Source: Tannerella sp. (GTDB lineage: Bacteria > Bacteroidota > Bacteroidia > Bacteroidales > Tannerellaceae). From it: DNA of 39,501 bases. The translations under genes and the position numbers were made by a program. The stretch covers positions 1 to 39,501 of the forward strand of contig JAITJX010000097.1 of the NCBI GenBank assembly GCA_031278765.1, in the 5' to 3' direction. Shown in pieces: positions 18,048-27,981 of the stretch (position 1 is the first letter of the stretch; every line of letters begins with the position of its first letter). Under the pieces are notes generated by a model, which was not told the DNA's origin, did no database searches, and saw only the letters and a list, made by a program, of their open reading frames with translations.

Positions 18048-19569
18048 ACATTTTTTTTTCCTGTAAAATAGCGTCATACAATGCGTTGGCAATTTCCCGT
18101 CCTCCCTTGAAACTGAGATGTGTATGGTCTTTGCTGGCCTTGTTTGTTTTGACATACTGAACCATACTGTTTTGACCTCCCATCGCAGCATATATGTTCC
18201 AGAACGCTATTTCAGCATCTTTTGCCGTTTGTCGTTGGGTGCGAAGCAAAGAAAGTACAGCAGGCATTGTGGTATAAGTACTTCCTTTTTTATGACTGCG
18301 GTCAGAAACGCCAAGCAGCAGAATATCCGCACTCGGAAAACTATTCTTAATGTGCTGAATTACATCTATCATACCTTTACGATACCACCCATATTCGCGT
18401 ATGGAATCATGGGCAACATTCAGTCCGTATTGCAAAACGATAAGGTCGTAAGGACGGATTTGTTGCAGTTCACGACAACTCTTGCTGTCTATTTCCGACA
18501 TTACCATGCCTGTATTTCCGCGAAGCGACAGATTGTCTACAACGATGCCGCTGTTGTCTTCGAGCGCAATTCCCAAAATCTGCAAACCTGTTGCGTTTCT
18601 GAATTTTATATCTGCACCGGAAAATTTGCCCCTGAGCTCGAACTGCGTTATTTTGCCCGATGTCGAAGGCAAACCGTAAATAACTTCTCCCTCATCGCCG
18701 GAAATTTCCATTTCAGTATTTTCGCTATTGGCATAAATGATTTTCAGCGATGAAACTTCTATCAGTCCGGGATACATATCTACGTTGCGAAAACTTATGG
18801 ATGCATCTGCCGACTTGGGTTCAAACAGCAATCCCGACAAAACGTATTTTCGTTTTTTGTTATTAATAATTGAAAATGTTTTCCATCCTTTTGCACTTTG
18901 TTTGACGGTAGGACGAAACTGCGATACATTTGACACAACCGGTATAAATCCAACCCCCCGGCCGCCGAATCGCTCTTGCATTTTTGCACGGAAATCGGCA
19001 ACTACAATATCACCTTCAATAAATGAATCTCCCACAAAGGCAACCCTGACGGGACGTCCGAGACTGTTAATGTTATCGAGCGCTGCAAAGAAGTGGCGCA
19101 AGCTGTTATGAGCGCTCGAAAAATCCTCAATATGCCTGTTGAATATATCATTTTTGTCGAAATCAAGATTTTCCGACGCCATCCGCAAGATATCGTCTGT
19201 TTCGCTTTTTTTACTGTTGCTTTCGGAGGCGTCAGCGTTTTCCTCTTCGGTACTGTTATGAAAAGGTTTGACGATTTTTGTGTTACTGTCAAGTGGATTT
19301 ACAGCAAGGTTTAGATTTTCGTTTTCCCGTATATCGGCGAGAAAAGGAAGATCTTCGGCATTGTCGTCCGAAGCCAGCAAATCATTTATACCATCTTCAT
19401 TATTAATGCGAATATCAGAAAATAAATCTACTTTCTTGATATCGACGCCTGAAAATTTTTCAGGCAGTAAATAAAATGACAGATTAACAAGTATTGCAAC
19501 GAATAATATTGCTGCAAAACGATCGGCACAGTTCTGTTTTCTTCTTATTTTTTTATCGTCCTCACTCAT
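18031..19569 (-). CDS. Membrane-anchored SGNH/GDSL hydrolase-family protein (PatB-like O-acetyltransferase)
   Basis: N-terminal TM segment; GDSFIEGD, SLRG, YGLN and DHTH motifs; co-oriented with the second SGNH gene and the MBOAT gene. Confidence 0.8.
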   Translation of the reverse strand: MSEDDKKIRRKQNCADRFAAILFVAILVNLSFYLLPEKFSGVDIKKVDLFSDIRINNEDGINDLLASDDNAEDLPFLADIRENENLNLAVNPLDSNTKIVKPFHNSTEEENADASESNSKKSETDDILRMASENLDFDKNDIFNRHIEDFSSAHNSLRHFFAALDNINSLGRPVRVAFVGDSFIEGDIVVADFRAKMQERFGGRGVGFIPVVSNVSQFRPTVKQSAKGWKTFSIINNKKRKYVLSGLLFEPKSADASISFRNVDMYPGLIEVSSLKIIYANSENTEMEISGDEGEVIYGLPSTSGKITQFELRGKFSGADIKFRNATGLQILGIALEDNSGIVVDNLSLRGNTGMVMSEIDSKSCRELQQIRPYDLIVLQYGLNVAHDSIREYGWYRKGMIDVIQHIKNSFPSADILLLGVSDRSHKKGSTYTTMPAVLSLLRTQRQTAKDAEIAFWNIYAAMGGQNSMVQYVKTNKASKDHTHLSFKGGREIANALYDAILQEKKMYDRDE

Positions 19570-19601
19570 TCGTTATATTTCTTCATAACTCAAAAACGAT
19601 G

Positions 19602-19719
19602 CAAAATTACATGAAAAATGCGAGATTTCCAAGCGCATGGATAATAACGGCAGGACAAATGCATCTTGATTTTAACATCTCTTTATCGAGATGAAAAGAG
19701 AATTTTTTTTGTAATTTTG
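19602..19719. promoter_or_regulatory. Divergent promoters for the SGNH/MBOAT operon (-) and the SDR operon (+)
   Basis: Minus-strand TAATTTTG 19609-19602; plus-strand TAATTTTG 19712-19719. Confidence 0.55.
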
Positions 19720-19781
19720 CAGTTCCATAAATGTCAGACATAACAAAGAAAGCATTTAATTAAATATAAATTATAATAATT

Positions 19782-20597
19782 ATGAACAAAATGTACAGTA
19801 TCGAAGGCAAAGTAGCCGTAATTACAGGAGCCGGCGGCGTGTTAGGCGGAAGTATCGCCAAAAGTTTTATTAAATCGGGAGCAAAAGTTGTGGCGCTGGA
19901 TATTCGCCAGGAACAGTTAGATGCTCGCGTTAAGGAATTAACTGCCGAAGGCGGAGAAGCTATCGGCTATGTCGGCAATGTTCTTGACGTGGAAAGTCTG
20001 AAAAACGTTGCCGGTCAAATCGTAGAAAAATGGGGGCGCGTAGATATACTGCTCAATATTGCAGGCGGAAATACTCCCGGCGGAACGCTGGCGGCGGAGC
20101 AGGATTTTTTCGACATGCCTGTTGCGGAATGGGAAAAGGTAACAAACCTGAATTTGAACGGGACGGTATATCCCTCAATGGTTTTCAGTAAAATCATGGC
20201 ACAACAGAAATCAGGCGTTATCATCAACATTTCATCCATGGCCGCCTATTCGGCGCTTACCCGCGTTCCGGGCTATTCGGCCGCCAAAACGGCAGTAAGC
20301 AATTTTACGCAATGGCTGGCAACCGAACTGGCGCTGAAATACGGCGAACATATCAGAGTAAATGCCATCGCGCCGGGCTTTTTCATCGGCGACCAAAATC
20401 GTGCAGTACTCATCAATCCCGACGGCACCCTGACCGACAGAAGCAAAAAAGTGCTTGCTAAAACTCCCATGAACCGTTTTGGAAATATTACGGAAGTAAA
20501 CGGGGCTGTGCAGTTCCTTTGCAGCGATGCTGCAAGTTTCATTACCGGAGCAGTATTGCCCGTAGACGGCGGTTTCAGCGCTTTCAGTGGAGTTTGA
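19782..20597 (+). CDS. SDR-family oxidoreductase (D-mannonate oxidoreductase / sugar-acid dehydrogenase-like)
   Basis: TGAGGVLG, NIAGGN, ISSM, YSAAK, RVNAIAPGFF, VDGG. Confidence 0.85.
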   Translation: MNKMYSIEGKVAVITGAGGVLGGSIAKSFIKSGAKVVALDIRQEQLDARVKELTAEGGEAIGYVGNVLDVESLKNVAGQIVEKWGRVDILLNIAGGNTPGGTLAAEQDFFDMPVAEWEKVTNLNLNGTVYPSMVFSKIMAQQKSGVIINISSMAAYSALTRVPGYSAAKTAVSNFTQWLATELALKYGEHIRVNAIAPGFFIGDQNRAVLINPDGTLTDRSKKVLAKTPMNRFGNITEVNGAVQFLCSDAASFITGAVLPVDGGFSAFSGV

Positions 20598-20617
20598 CAT
20601 TTTATTACGCATGTAAT

Positions 20618-21766
20618 ATGAAAAATATCAATGTCAATGCACACTTGCATACGCCGTATTCGTTTAGCGCTTTCGAGAAACTGACCGACGCGCTGGATAT
20701 GGCAGCTCGCGAAAATGTTCAAGTTGTGGGAATAAATGATTTCTACACCGCCGACGGTTACGAAGAGTGGGGCAGAGAAGCCTTGAAACGACGCCTTTAT
20801 CCTCTGTTCAATATCGAAATGATAAGCCTTCAGGAAGATGACCGGGAGAGCGGAATACGTGTGAACGATCCCAACAATCCCGGACGGACATACATTAGCG
20901 GAAAAGGTCTGCGCTGTCCGTTGCAACTCGCCGAACCCTGCGCATCGCAACTTGCCGGAGTAAGAGACGAATCAAATATGCAGACCAAAGAAATGTGCTC
21001 CAGAGTGAACGAACTGTTAAACGCCGTCAATGCAGGATTCGATCTTGATTATGAGGCCTTGAAGAAATTCATGACGAGAGGACAGGTGCGCGAGCGACAC
21101 ATTGCCAAAGGCCTGCGTATGGCCGTTTATATCTATTTCAAAAACGAACCGGACGATATTAAAGATTTTTTTCAGAAAATCTTTAACGGCAAACCTTTAA
21201 AAGTGGATATTTATAATTACGCAGGCGTCGAAAACGAGATAAGAGGAAATTTGCTGAAAGCCGGTGGCGCCGCATTCGTGCCGGAAGAACCGAAAGCCTT
21301 TCTGCCTCTCGAATCCGTCAGGCAAATCATAACAGCGGGCGGAGGAATACCCACATATCCGTTTCTTGCCGACGATGCAAACGGAGAGTTTACCGATTTT
21401 GAACGGGACGTTGAGAAAGCTGCGCTGATTTTGAAACAAAGAGGCATATTTTCCGCCGAATTTATTACGACAAGAAACAGTATGCGGACGCTCGAAGAAT
21501 ACTCGAATTATCTTTATGATAACGGATTCATCGTCACGTTTGGAACGGAACACAATACGCCGGCTATGGAACCTGTCCTGTTGTCGGCGCGCAACAATAC
21601 TCCTCTTTCGGATACGCTTAAGGATATAAATTATAAAAGTGCGTGCGTAATAGCCGCACATCAGGAACGAATCCGCAAAGGAGAAACCGGCTATACCGCC
21701 GACGCCGACCGCGAAACCTTTATCAACGAAGGAGACGAACTGATAAGAAAAGTGATTGATGAATGA
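20618..21766 (+). CDS. PHP-domain metal-dependent phosphoesterase-like protein
   Basis: NAHLHTPYS, VGINDF, RERH, GTEHN. ATG 20618 is preferred over 20519, which lies inside the SDR gene. Confidence 0.75.
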   Translation: MKNINVNAHLHTPYSFSAFEKLTDALDMAARENVQVVGINDFYTADGYEEWGREALKRRLYPLFNIEMISLQEDDRESGIRVNDPNNPGRTYISGKGLRCPLQLAEPCASQLAGVRDESNMQTKEMCSRVNELLNAVNAGFDLDYEALKKFMTRGQVRERHIAKGLRMAVYIYFKNEPDDIKDFFQKIFNGKPLKVDIYNYAGVENEIRGNLLKAGGAAFVPEEPKAFLPLESVRQIITAGGGIPTYPFLADDANGEFTDFERDVEKAALILKQRGIFSAEFITTRNSMRTLEEYSNYLYDNGFIVTFGTEHNTPAMEPVLLSARNNTPLSDTLKDINYKSACVIAAHQERIRKGETGYTADADRETFINEGDELIRKVIDE

Positions 21767-22665
21767 CAAAAATATTGAAATTCATCAAAGACGGGATACT
21801 TCCGATAGCAATGATTGCAGGCGCGCTGACTTACAAATGGGTCAGCCACCTGTCTTTTCTTACCGCCGGTTTGATTTTCGTCATGCTTTTGCTTACTTTT
21901 TGCAAAATAAGATTAAACGAAATAAAGTTCCACACAGCACACCTTTGGTTACTGCTGATACAGCTGGCGGGAAGTATCGGCATCTATCTTTTACTGAAAC
22001 CTTATAATCCGATCGTTGCGCAGGGAGCAATGCTGTGTCTGCTTGCGCCGACTGCAACAGCAGCAGCCATAATCACGGGGATGCTGGGCGGTAACGTCGG
22101 TTTCCTTACCGCATACACACTGTTTTGTAACATTGCTGTTGCCATTGCCGCACCCGTTTATTTTTCGTTCACAGGCACGCATGAGGGGATGTCTTTCCTG
22201 CAATCCGTCTGGCTCATATCTCAAAAAGTTTTCCCCCTGCTGATATTTCCGCTCTTCATTGCGTTTACCGTTCAGAGGCGTTTTCCAAAAATTCAAAAGA
22301 TTTTGCTGCGTATTCCCAAAATGTCTTTTTACCTGTGGGTTGCGGCGCTTACAATTGTTACCGGAATAACGGTCGATTTCATGCTGCATCACGACCGTAC
22401 GAACGATAATACGGAATTATGGTTACTTGTCATGTCGTTTGTTTTTTGTTGTTTGCAGTTTTATACAGGTCGCAAAATCGGTCGTCATTACGGCGACGCC
22501 ATCTCGTCAGGGCAAGGACTGGGACAAAAAAACACTATCCTCGCTATCTGGATGGCGCAAACCTACCTGCACCCTCTTGCTGCGCTTGCCCCTGCCGGAT
22601 ATATCCTCTGGCAAAATATCATCAATTCGTATCAGCTGTTCCGCCGGCAGTCAGGAAGCCTGTAA
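21763..22665 (+). CDS. Bile acid:sodium symporter (BASS/SBF)-family transporter
   Basis: About 9-10 TM segments; APTATAAAIITGMLGG and GQKNT motifs; ATGA overlap with the PHP gene. Confidence 0.8.
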   Translation: MTKILKFIKDGILPIAMIAGALTYKWVSHLSFLTAGLIFVMLLLTFCKIRLNEIKFHTAHLWLLLIQLAGSIGIYLLLKPYNPIVAQGAMLCLLAPTATAAAIITGMLGGNVGFLTAYTLFCNIAVAIAAPVYFSFTGTHEGMSFLQSVWLISQKVFPLLIFPLFIAFTVQRRFPKIQKILLRIPKMSFYLWVAALTIVTGITVDFMLHHDRTNDNTELWLLVMSFVFCCLQFYTGRKIGRHYGDAISSGQGLGQKNTILAIWMAQTYLHPLAALAPAGYILWQNIINSYQLFRRQSGSL

Positions 22666-22812
22666 TGCATGAAACGGAGGTGAAAAATCCGTTTAAATGG
22701 CCGAAAATGACGTCGGCAAGTGGAATCAGAATAAAAACTGAAATTGTCACAGTTCTGATTATTAATATATTATCACTATTGTGTATAAATCTCATGTCCC
22801 GTTAGCGCTCGG

Positions 22813-23039
22813 CATCACGTGTGTGACAGACTCCATCACGTACGTGACAGACTTCATTACATACGTGACAGACTCCATCACATACGTGCCAGACTCCATC
22901 ACCTACGTGCCAGACTCCATCACCTACGTGACAGACTCCATCACGTGCGTGACAGACTTCATCACGTGTGTGACAGACTTCATCACGTGTATGACAGCCT
23001 CCATCACATACGTGACAGACTTCATCACATACGTGACAG
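22813..23039. repeat. Tandem array of ~10.8 x 21-bp units, consensus CATCACRTRYGTGACAGACTY, each with a TCAC-N4-GTGA palindrome
   Basis: Units start at 22813, 22834, 22855 ... 23023 in exact 21-bp phase; unit 2 has the perfect palindrome TCACGTACGTGA. Confidence 0.95.
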
Positions 23040-23044
23040 CGGAG

Positions 23045-23145
23045 AGATTTGAGATTTAAGATTTAAAATTTAAGATTCAAGATTCAATACCTCCTCCCGC
23101 ACCCTTAAATCTTAAATCTTAAATCTTAAATCTTAAATCTTAAAT
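23045..23145. repeat. Inverted heptamer repeat: (AGATTTA)x6, 17-nt spacer, (CTTAAAT)x6
   Basis: Left arm 23045-23086 (slightly degenerate), right arm 23104-23145 (perfect); the arms are reverse complements. Confidence 0.9.
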
Positions 23146-23208
23146 GTTGAAATTACTGAAACTTATTATTTATACAGGATAATAATAATAATAATGCATC
23201 AGGTTGTG

Positions 23209-26200
23209 TTAATATCCATACCTGCTTTTTGTTTCCGCTTCATTTGCGTATTTTATCGGCACGAAGGTGAAGCCTCTTCTGTATTCACGGTTAGCGAAGA
23301 GAGAATATTCGGGTTCGGGACGCGCTCCCCAGCTGTTGTATCCTGCAACTCCCTGCATTTGCATATCGATGCATACTTCGACGTAATCTTGCGGCGAAAT
23401 GTCGTTTGTGTGCGTATGTTTGCGAAGGATGTTTTTTGCTTTCGTTTCGTCGTGGAGGGCAATCATTTCGGGCGAGTAGTTGTTCCATTGATAGGGTTTA
23501 TCTTTATATTCTTCGTCGTCGAAATCTTCGACGGGGTTACGGAGTGCGTTAAATTCTATCAGCGAATCGGCAACGACGAGGATTCCGTTTCCGTTTCCGG
23601 AGGTGCAGGAGAGCCATCGCGTATCGGTATGATGTCCGTTTTCCTGCGGACGGATATAAGGGAAATATAAATCTTCGGCAGTCGTTTTATACAGTCCGAT
23701 TAAGGTGCCTGCTTTTCTGTCGCAATAATTTTCTTCCGGTCCGCGACCGAAATAATTGACCGTGTTCATGTTTGCGGGTAAACGGAATCGTATGCCGATT
23801 CTCGGTATGCGAAGCGGGGTGTTGGTATTGTTGTTGTTTATTTCGGCAGGCATGAAATGCGTTTCAACATGAACGATCCCTGCGGGATATATTTTATAGT
23901 TGATAATATATAAATTACCTGTATGCAGGAGGTAGGTAGCCGAGAGGAGAGCGTTGTGGTTGTCAAGTTTTACGGTTACATCGGTCAGGTTAAAATCTTT
24001 GCTTGATTTCTTCCAGATTTGTTCGCGCAAGGGTGCGCCGTTCCCGTAGTCGTTGTCTGTCGGGCCGCGCCAGAAGTTTGGGCGAATACCGTATCCGTTG
24101 TTAAAATATTCGGTATTATCAACTTTATAGGATGTTACTGTTCCTGATTTTTTATCGAAAACAAATTGAACTTTTGGAGATGAAACGGTCAGTTTGTCGT
24201 TTTCTTCTTTAAGATTCATCCTTTCTCCTTTTGCCTTATATGCCGGTTTTTCTTTTTTTACTGCTATTTGGAACTGTTCTTTTGCTATTTCAAATCCAGC
24301 AGGGAGCAGTTTTGTTTTAAAGTTTGTCCGTACGGAGAAATCTATAAAATATTCGGGCATGTATCCTCCTTTTTTCAGGGGTTTTATCTCGAAGGTATTT
24401 AATTCTGTCGATTGTTGTGGTTTCAGATTTACCGACAGGATTTTTTCGCTTTCTACTTTTCCGTCTTTCATGAGTTTGCATGTGATTTTATATTGTTCGT
24501 CGATAGTCGTAAAATAAAATCTGTTTGTGATTCTGACTTTCCCGCTTAGAGGTTCAATTTGTTCGAATCCGATATTTTGATATACGTATTTCATTTCTGC
24601 AACAGCGGGATGAGGATTCCTGTCGGGGTTCATGATGCCTGTGTTCACAAAATTGCCGTCACTTGGCATATTATCGCCATAATCGCCGCCGTATGCCCAG
24701 TATGGACGTCCGTTATTGTCGTGTTCCAGAAAGCCGTGGTCTACCCATTCCCAGATGAAGCCGCCTTGCAGATTGGGGTATTTGTAAATTGCTTTCCACT
24801 GATCAAGGAGATTGCCATTGGAATTGCCCATTGCGTGTGAATATTCGGACGGTACAATCGGTCGGTCACTGCCTTCCTGCCCCATTCTTTGTAGCCATGC
24901 CGCGCTTGGGTATTGGAGTACATACATGTCTGTATTCCATTCCCAGAGCGCGCGTTCGTAATTGACGGGGCGATTCGTTTTATCTTTGTTTTTCAGGTAC
25001 AGATAGGATTGATAGAAATTGTAACCGTTTCCGGCTTCGTTTCCCATCGACCAAATTATTACGCAAGGATGATTTTTATTGCGTTCATACATGTTTTCCA
25101 TTCTGTAGAGGTGTGGCTTCAGCCATTCGGGATTATTTCCGAGCGTACCGCCTTTGCTCAGATCGTAGTACATTCCGTGCGATTCTACGTTAGCTTCGTC
25201 GCAGATGTAAAATCCGATTTCGTTGCAGGCGTCATAAAAGCGTCTTGTTCGCGGATAATGTGATAACCTGACAGCATTTATGTTGTTTTTTTTCATCAGT
25301 TCAAAATCCAGCATCATGAGCGAATCGGATACATAATGCCCTGTCGACTGGCTTGTTTCATGCGTATTTATGCCTTTCAATTTAATTGCTTCGCCGTTGA
25401 AGAGAAATACTTTATATGGTTTTCCGTTTTTGTCTTTCTGCTTTGAATCCGCAAATTCAATGCGCCTGAATCCGATTTTGTAAGGTACGGTTTCTGGGGT
25501 TTCACCTTCTGTCGTAACAGTCATTGTCAATTGATAGAGATGGGGCTGTTCTGCGCTCCATTTCAAGACGTTTTTTATGGTTTCCTCAAAAGAGAAGGTT
25601 TGCACCGTTCCGTACGTCACCCAAAGTTTTTCTTCCGATGCAGCAGTAATGTTTCCTTTATTATCCAGGAGTTCAACAGCGACTTTCACATTTTCGTCTT
25701 TTGCCGAATTATTTTTCACATCTATGGCCAGTTTGAATATGCCATCCATGCAGGTTTCGTCGAGTGTTGATATAACATTGAAATCCTTTATTCCGACTTT
25801 TGATTGCGACCACAAATAAACGTCTCTTTCTATACCGCTTATTCGCCAAAAATCCTGACATTCGAGGTAAGACCCCGTACTCCAGCGAAATATCTTCAGC
25901 GTCAAAGTGTTTTTTCCTTCTTTCAAATATTTATTAATTAAAAACTCGGCAGGATTTTTTGAATCTTCGTTATATCCGGTCTCCTGACCGTTGATATAGA
26001 CATAAACGCCTGATTTTGCACCGTCTATTTTCAGGAAAATATCTCTTCCCGACCAGTCGGAGGGTATTTCAAATTCGCGTCTGTAAACGCCGACCGGATT
26101 TTTTTCGGGCAAAAGCGGCGGTTGCGGATTGCGGGCTTTAAATTCATAGCCGTGATTCACGTAAATCGGAATGCCGAAGCCTTGGAGTTCCCAATTTGTC

Positions 26201-26511
26201 GGTACGTTTATATTGCTCCACGACGATGTGTTAAAATCTGCCGCTGTCACGTTATCCGGTAATTTTCCGTATTCATCGACGTAAAGGAATTTCCAGACGC
26301 CGTTAAGCGACCTGTAATAAGGACTTTGTTCATACTTTAGATTCAGCGCCGACCGCCTGTCGGAAAAACTCATAAATTCCGTACGCGGCTGTTCCCTGCG
26401 AACGGAAGTTACCTGGACGTCTTTCCAGTATGGAAGTTCCTGAGATTGAGATATTGCTTCATTGGCAATCAGCATTGTGATGATCAAATAAGTAATTGAA
26501 TGTTTTTTCAT
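23209..26511 (-). CDS. lacZ: Beta-galactosidase, GH2 (LacZ-like) with small-chain domain
   Basis: SLNGVWKF, YLECQDFWRISGIERDV, VRLSHYP, acid/base WSMGNE, nucleophile SEYSHAMGNS, GRGPEENYCDR, PQENG; signal peptide. Confidence 0.93.
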   Translation of the reverse strand: MKKHSITYLIITMLIANEAISQSQELPYWKDVQVTSVRREQPRTEFMSFSDRRSALNLKYEQSPYYRSLNGVWKFLYVDEYGKLPDNVTAADFNTSSWSNINVPTNWELQGFGIPIYVNHGYEFKARNPQPPLLPEKNPVGVYRREFEIPSDWSGRDIFLKIDGAKSGVYVYINGQETGYNEDSKNPAEFLINKYLKEGKNTLTLKIFRWSTGSYLECQDFWRISGIERDVYLWSQSKVGIKDFNVISTLDETCMDGIFKLAIDVKNNSAKDENVKVAVELLDNKGNITAASEEKLWVTYGTVQTFSFEETIKNVLKWSAEQPHLYQLTMTVTTEGETPETVPYKIGFRRIEFADSKQKDKNGKPYKVFLFNGEAIKLKGINTHETSQSTGHYVSDSLMMLDFELMKKNNINAVRLSHYPRTRRFYDACNEIGFYICDEANVESHGMYYDLSKGGTLGNNPEWLKPHLYRMENMYERNKNHPCVIIWSMGNEAGNGYNFYQSYLYLKNKDKTNRPVNYERALWEWNTDMYVLQYPSAAWLQRMGQEGSDRPIVPSEYSHAMGNSNGNLLDQWKAIYKYPNLQGGFIWEWVDHGFLEHDNNGRPYWAYGGDYGDNMPSDGNFVNTGIMNPDRNPHPAVAEMKYVYQNIGFEQIEPLSGKVRITNRFYFTTIDEQYKITCKLMKDGKVESEKILSVNLKPQQSTELNTFEIKPLKKGGYMPEYFIDFSVRTNFKTKLLPAGFEIAKEQFQIAVKKEKPAYKAKGERMNLKEENDKLTVSSPKVQFVFDKKSGTVTSYKVDNTEYFNNGYGIRPNFWRGPTDNDYGNGAPLREQIWKKSSKDFNLTDVTVKLDNHNALLSATYLLHTGNLYIINYKIYPAGIVHVETHFMPAEINNNNTNTPLRIPRIGIRFRLPANMNTVNYFGRGPEENYCDRKAGTLIGLYKTTAEDLYFPYIRPQENGHHTDTRWLSCTSGNGNGILVVADSLIEFNALRNPVEDFDDEEYKDKPYQWNNYSPEMIALHDETKAKNILRKHTHTNDISPQDYVEVCIDMQMQGVAGYNSWGARPEPEYSLFANREYRRGFTFVPIKYANEAETKSRYGY

Positions 26512-26544
26512 ATTATGTATAATTTTAATATATTAACTGTCGTA

Positions 26545-26645
26545 CAAAATTAATGCATTTTTCGTATATTGAAATACTTTTCGAAAAAAAGAGTTACTTC
26601 TTTTTTTTGATACGAACAGTTTTCTTATAAATATTTTTACCTTTG
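26545..26645. promoter_or_regulatory. Divergent promoters for the GH2 gene (-) and the mtaB operon (+)
   Basis: Minus-strand TAATTTTG 26552-26545; plus-strand TACCTTTG 26638-26645. Confidence 0.55.
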
Positions 26646-26661
26646 TGCATATTATTTTTTT

Positions 26662-27981
26662 ATGAATGATATTGATATATTTGAAAACAAGACGGTAGCA
26701 TACTATACTCTGGGATGTAAACTGAATTTTGCCGAGACATCGACCATCAGTCGGGAATTGTCCTGTCTGGGTATTCGGAAGGCAAAAACGGGCGAAAAGG
26801 CGGATTACTGCCTTGTAAATACCTGTTCGGTAACGGAACTTGCCGACAAAAAGTGTCGCCGGATGATCCGTAGCATAAAGAAACAGCATCCGGATGCTTT
26901 CATGATTGTTACAGGGTGTTATGCACAGTTGAACCCTGCCGAGATATTCCGGATAGAGGGTGTAGATCTGGTGCTGGGTGTCGAAGAGAAGGGTGAAATA
27001 TCAAAAATACTGCAAAACATTGCTCGCGGCGGGAAAACGGGAATAATTACTTCGCCGCAGAAAGAGGCGCGCCGTTTCGTGCCTTCGTGTTCGACGGACG
27101 ACCGTACGCGCCGCTTCCTGAAAGTGCAGGACGGTTGCGACTATTGCTGTACTTACTGTACCATACCCTTTGCACGCGGCAGAAGCCGGAATGGAAAAAT
27201 ACGGGATTTGGCGGAACAGGCTGAAAATGCAGTTCGCAACGGCGGAAGGGAAATTGTCCTGACCGGAGTCAATATCGGCGATTTTGGCAAATCAACCGGC
27301 GAAAAGTTCATTGACTTGATCAGGGAACTGGATCGGACGACCGGCATTGACCGTTTCAGGATTTCATCCATCGAGCCTGAATTACTGACGGACGAAATCA
27401 TTGCGTTCGTTGCCGAAAGCAAACATTTCATGCCGCATTTTCATATCCCGCTGCAAAGCGGAAGCGACGACGTGTTGCGACTTATGAACAGGCGATACGA
27501 TACGGCGCTGTTTCGCAACAGGGTTGAAACCGTTAAAAGGCTTATGCCAGACGCCTTCATAGGCGTCGATGTCATTACGGGAATGAGAGGTGAAACGCCG
27601 GAATATTTTGCAGCCGGCAAACGCTTCATAGAAGAATTGACCGTATCGCAGTTGCATGTATTTAACTATTCGGAGCGGCCGGGTACAAAAGCGCTGAAAA
27701 TCCATCCGCAGGTTTCTCACAGGGAACGCGGCGAGAGAAGCAGGCAACTGTTGAACCTGTCTGACGATAAACTGCATGATTTCTATGAAAGTCATACGGG
27801 AAAACGTGCGAAAGTATTGTTTGAACATGCACGGAAAGGAAATAAAATGTATGGTTTTACGGAGAATTACATAAAAACGGAAATACAGTACGATGCTGCT
27901 TTGTGCAACGTTATAAAAGATGTAAAACTGACCGGATGGAACGAGGATAAAACGGCGCTCACAGCAGAAATTATATTATGA
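26662..27981 (+). CDS. mtaB: tRNA (t6A37) methylthiotransferase MtaB
   Basis: TLGCKLNFAET, NTCSVT, TGCYAQ, radical SAM LKVQDGCDYCCTYC, RISSIEP, GFTENYI. Confidence 0.93.
   Translation: MNDIDIFENKTVAYYTLGCKLNFAETSTISRELSCLGIRKAKTGEKADYCLVNTCSVTELADKKCRRMIRSIKKQHPDAFMIVTGCYAQLNPAEIFRIEGVDLVLGVEEKGEISKILQNIARGGKTGIITSPQKEARRFVPSCSTDDRTRRFLKVQDGCDYCCTYCTIPFARGRSRNGKIRDLAEQAENAVRNGGREIVLTGVNIGDFGKSTGEKFIDLIRELDRTTGIDRFRISSIEPELLTDEIIAFVAESKHFMPHFHIPLQSGSDDVLRLMNRRYDTALFRNRVETVKRLMPDAFIGVDVITGMRGETPEYFAAGKRFIEELTVSQLHVFNYSERPGTKALKIHPQVSHRERGERSRQLLNLSDDKLHDFYESHTGKRAKVLFEHARKGNKMYGFTENYIKTEIQYDAALCNVIKDVKLTGWNEDKTALTAEIIL

Noticed and set aside
22813-23039. CRISPR or TIGR-like guide array
   Set aside because: Units are contiguous with only ~4 low-diversity variable bases, there are no unique spacers, and no cas or Nop-domain gene is in the window.
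22781-23059. 92-aa (ITYVTDS)n and 77-aa (RDRLHHV)n ORFs
   Set aside because: They are by-products of the 21-bp array: two frames are open, starts are non-ATG, and unit differences are often non-synonymous.
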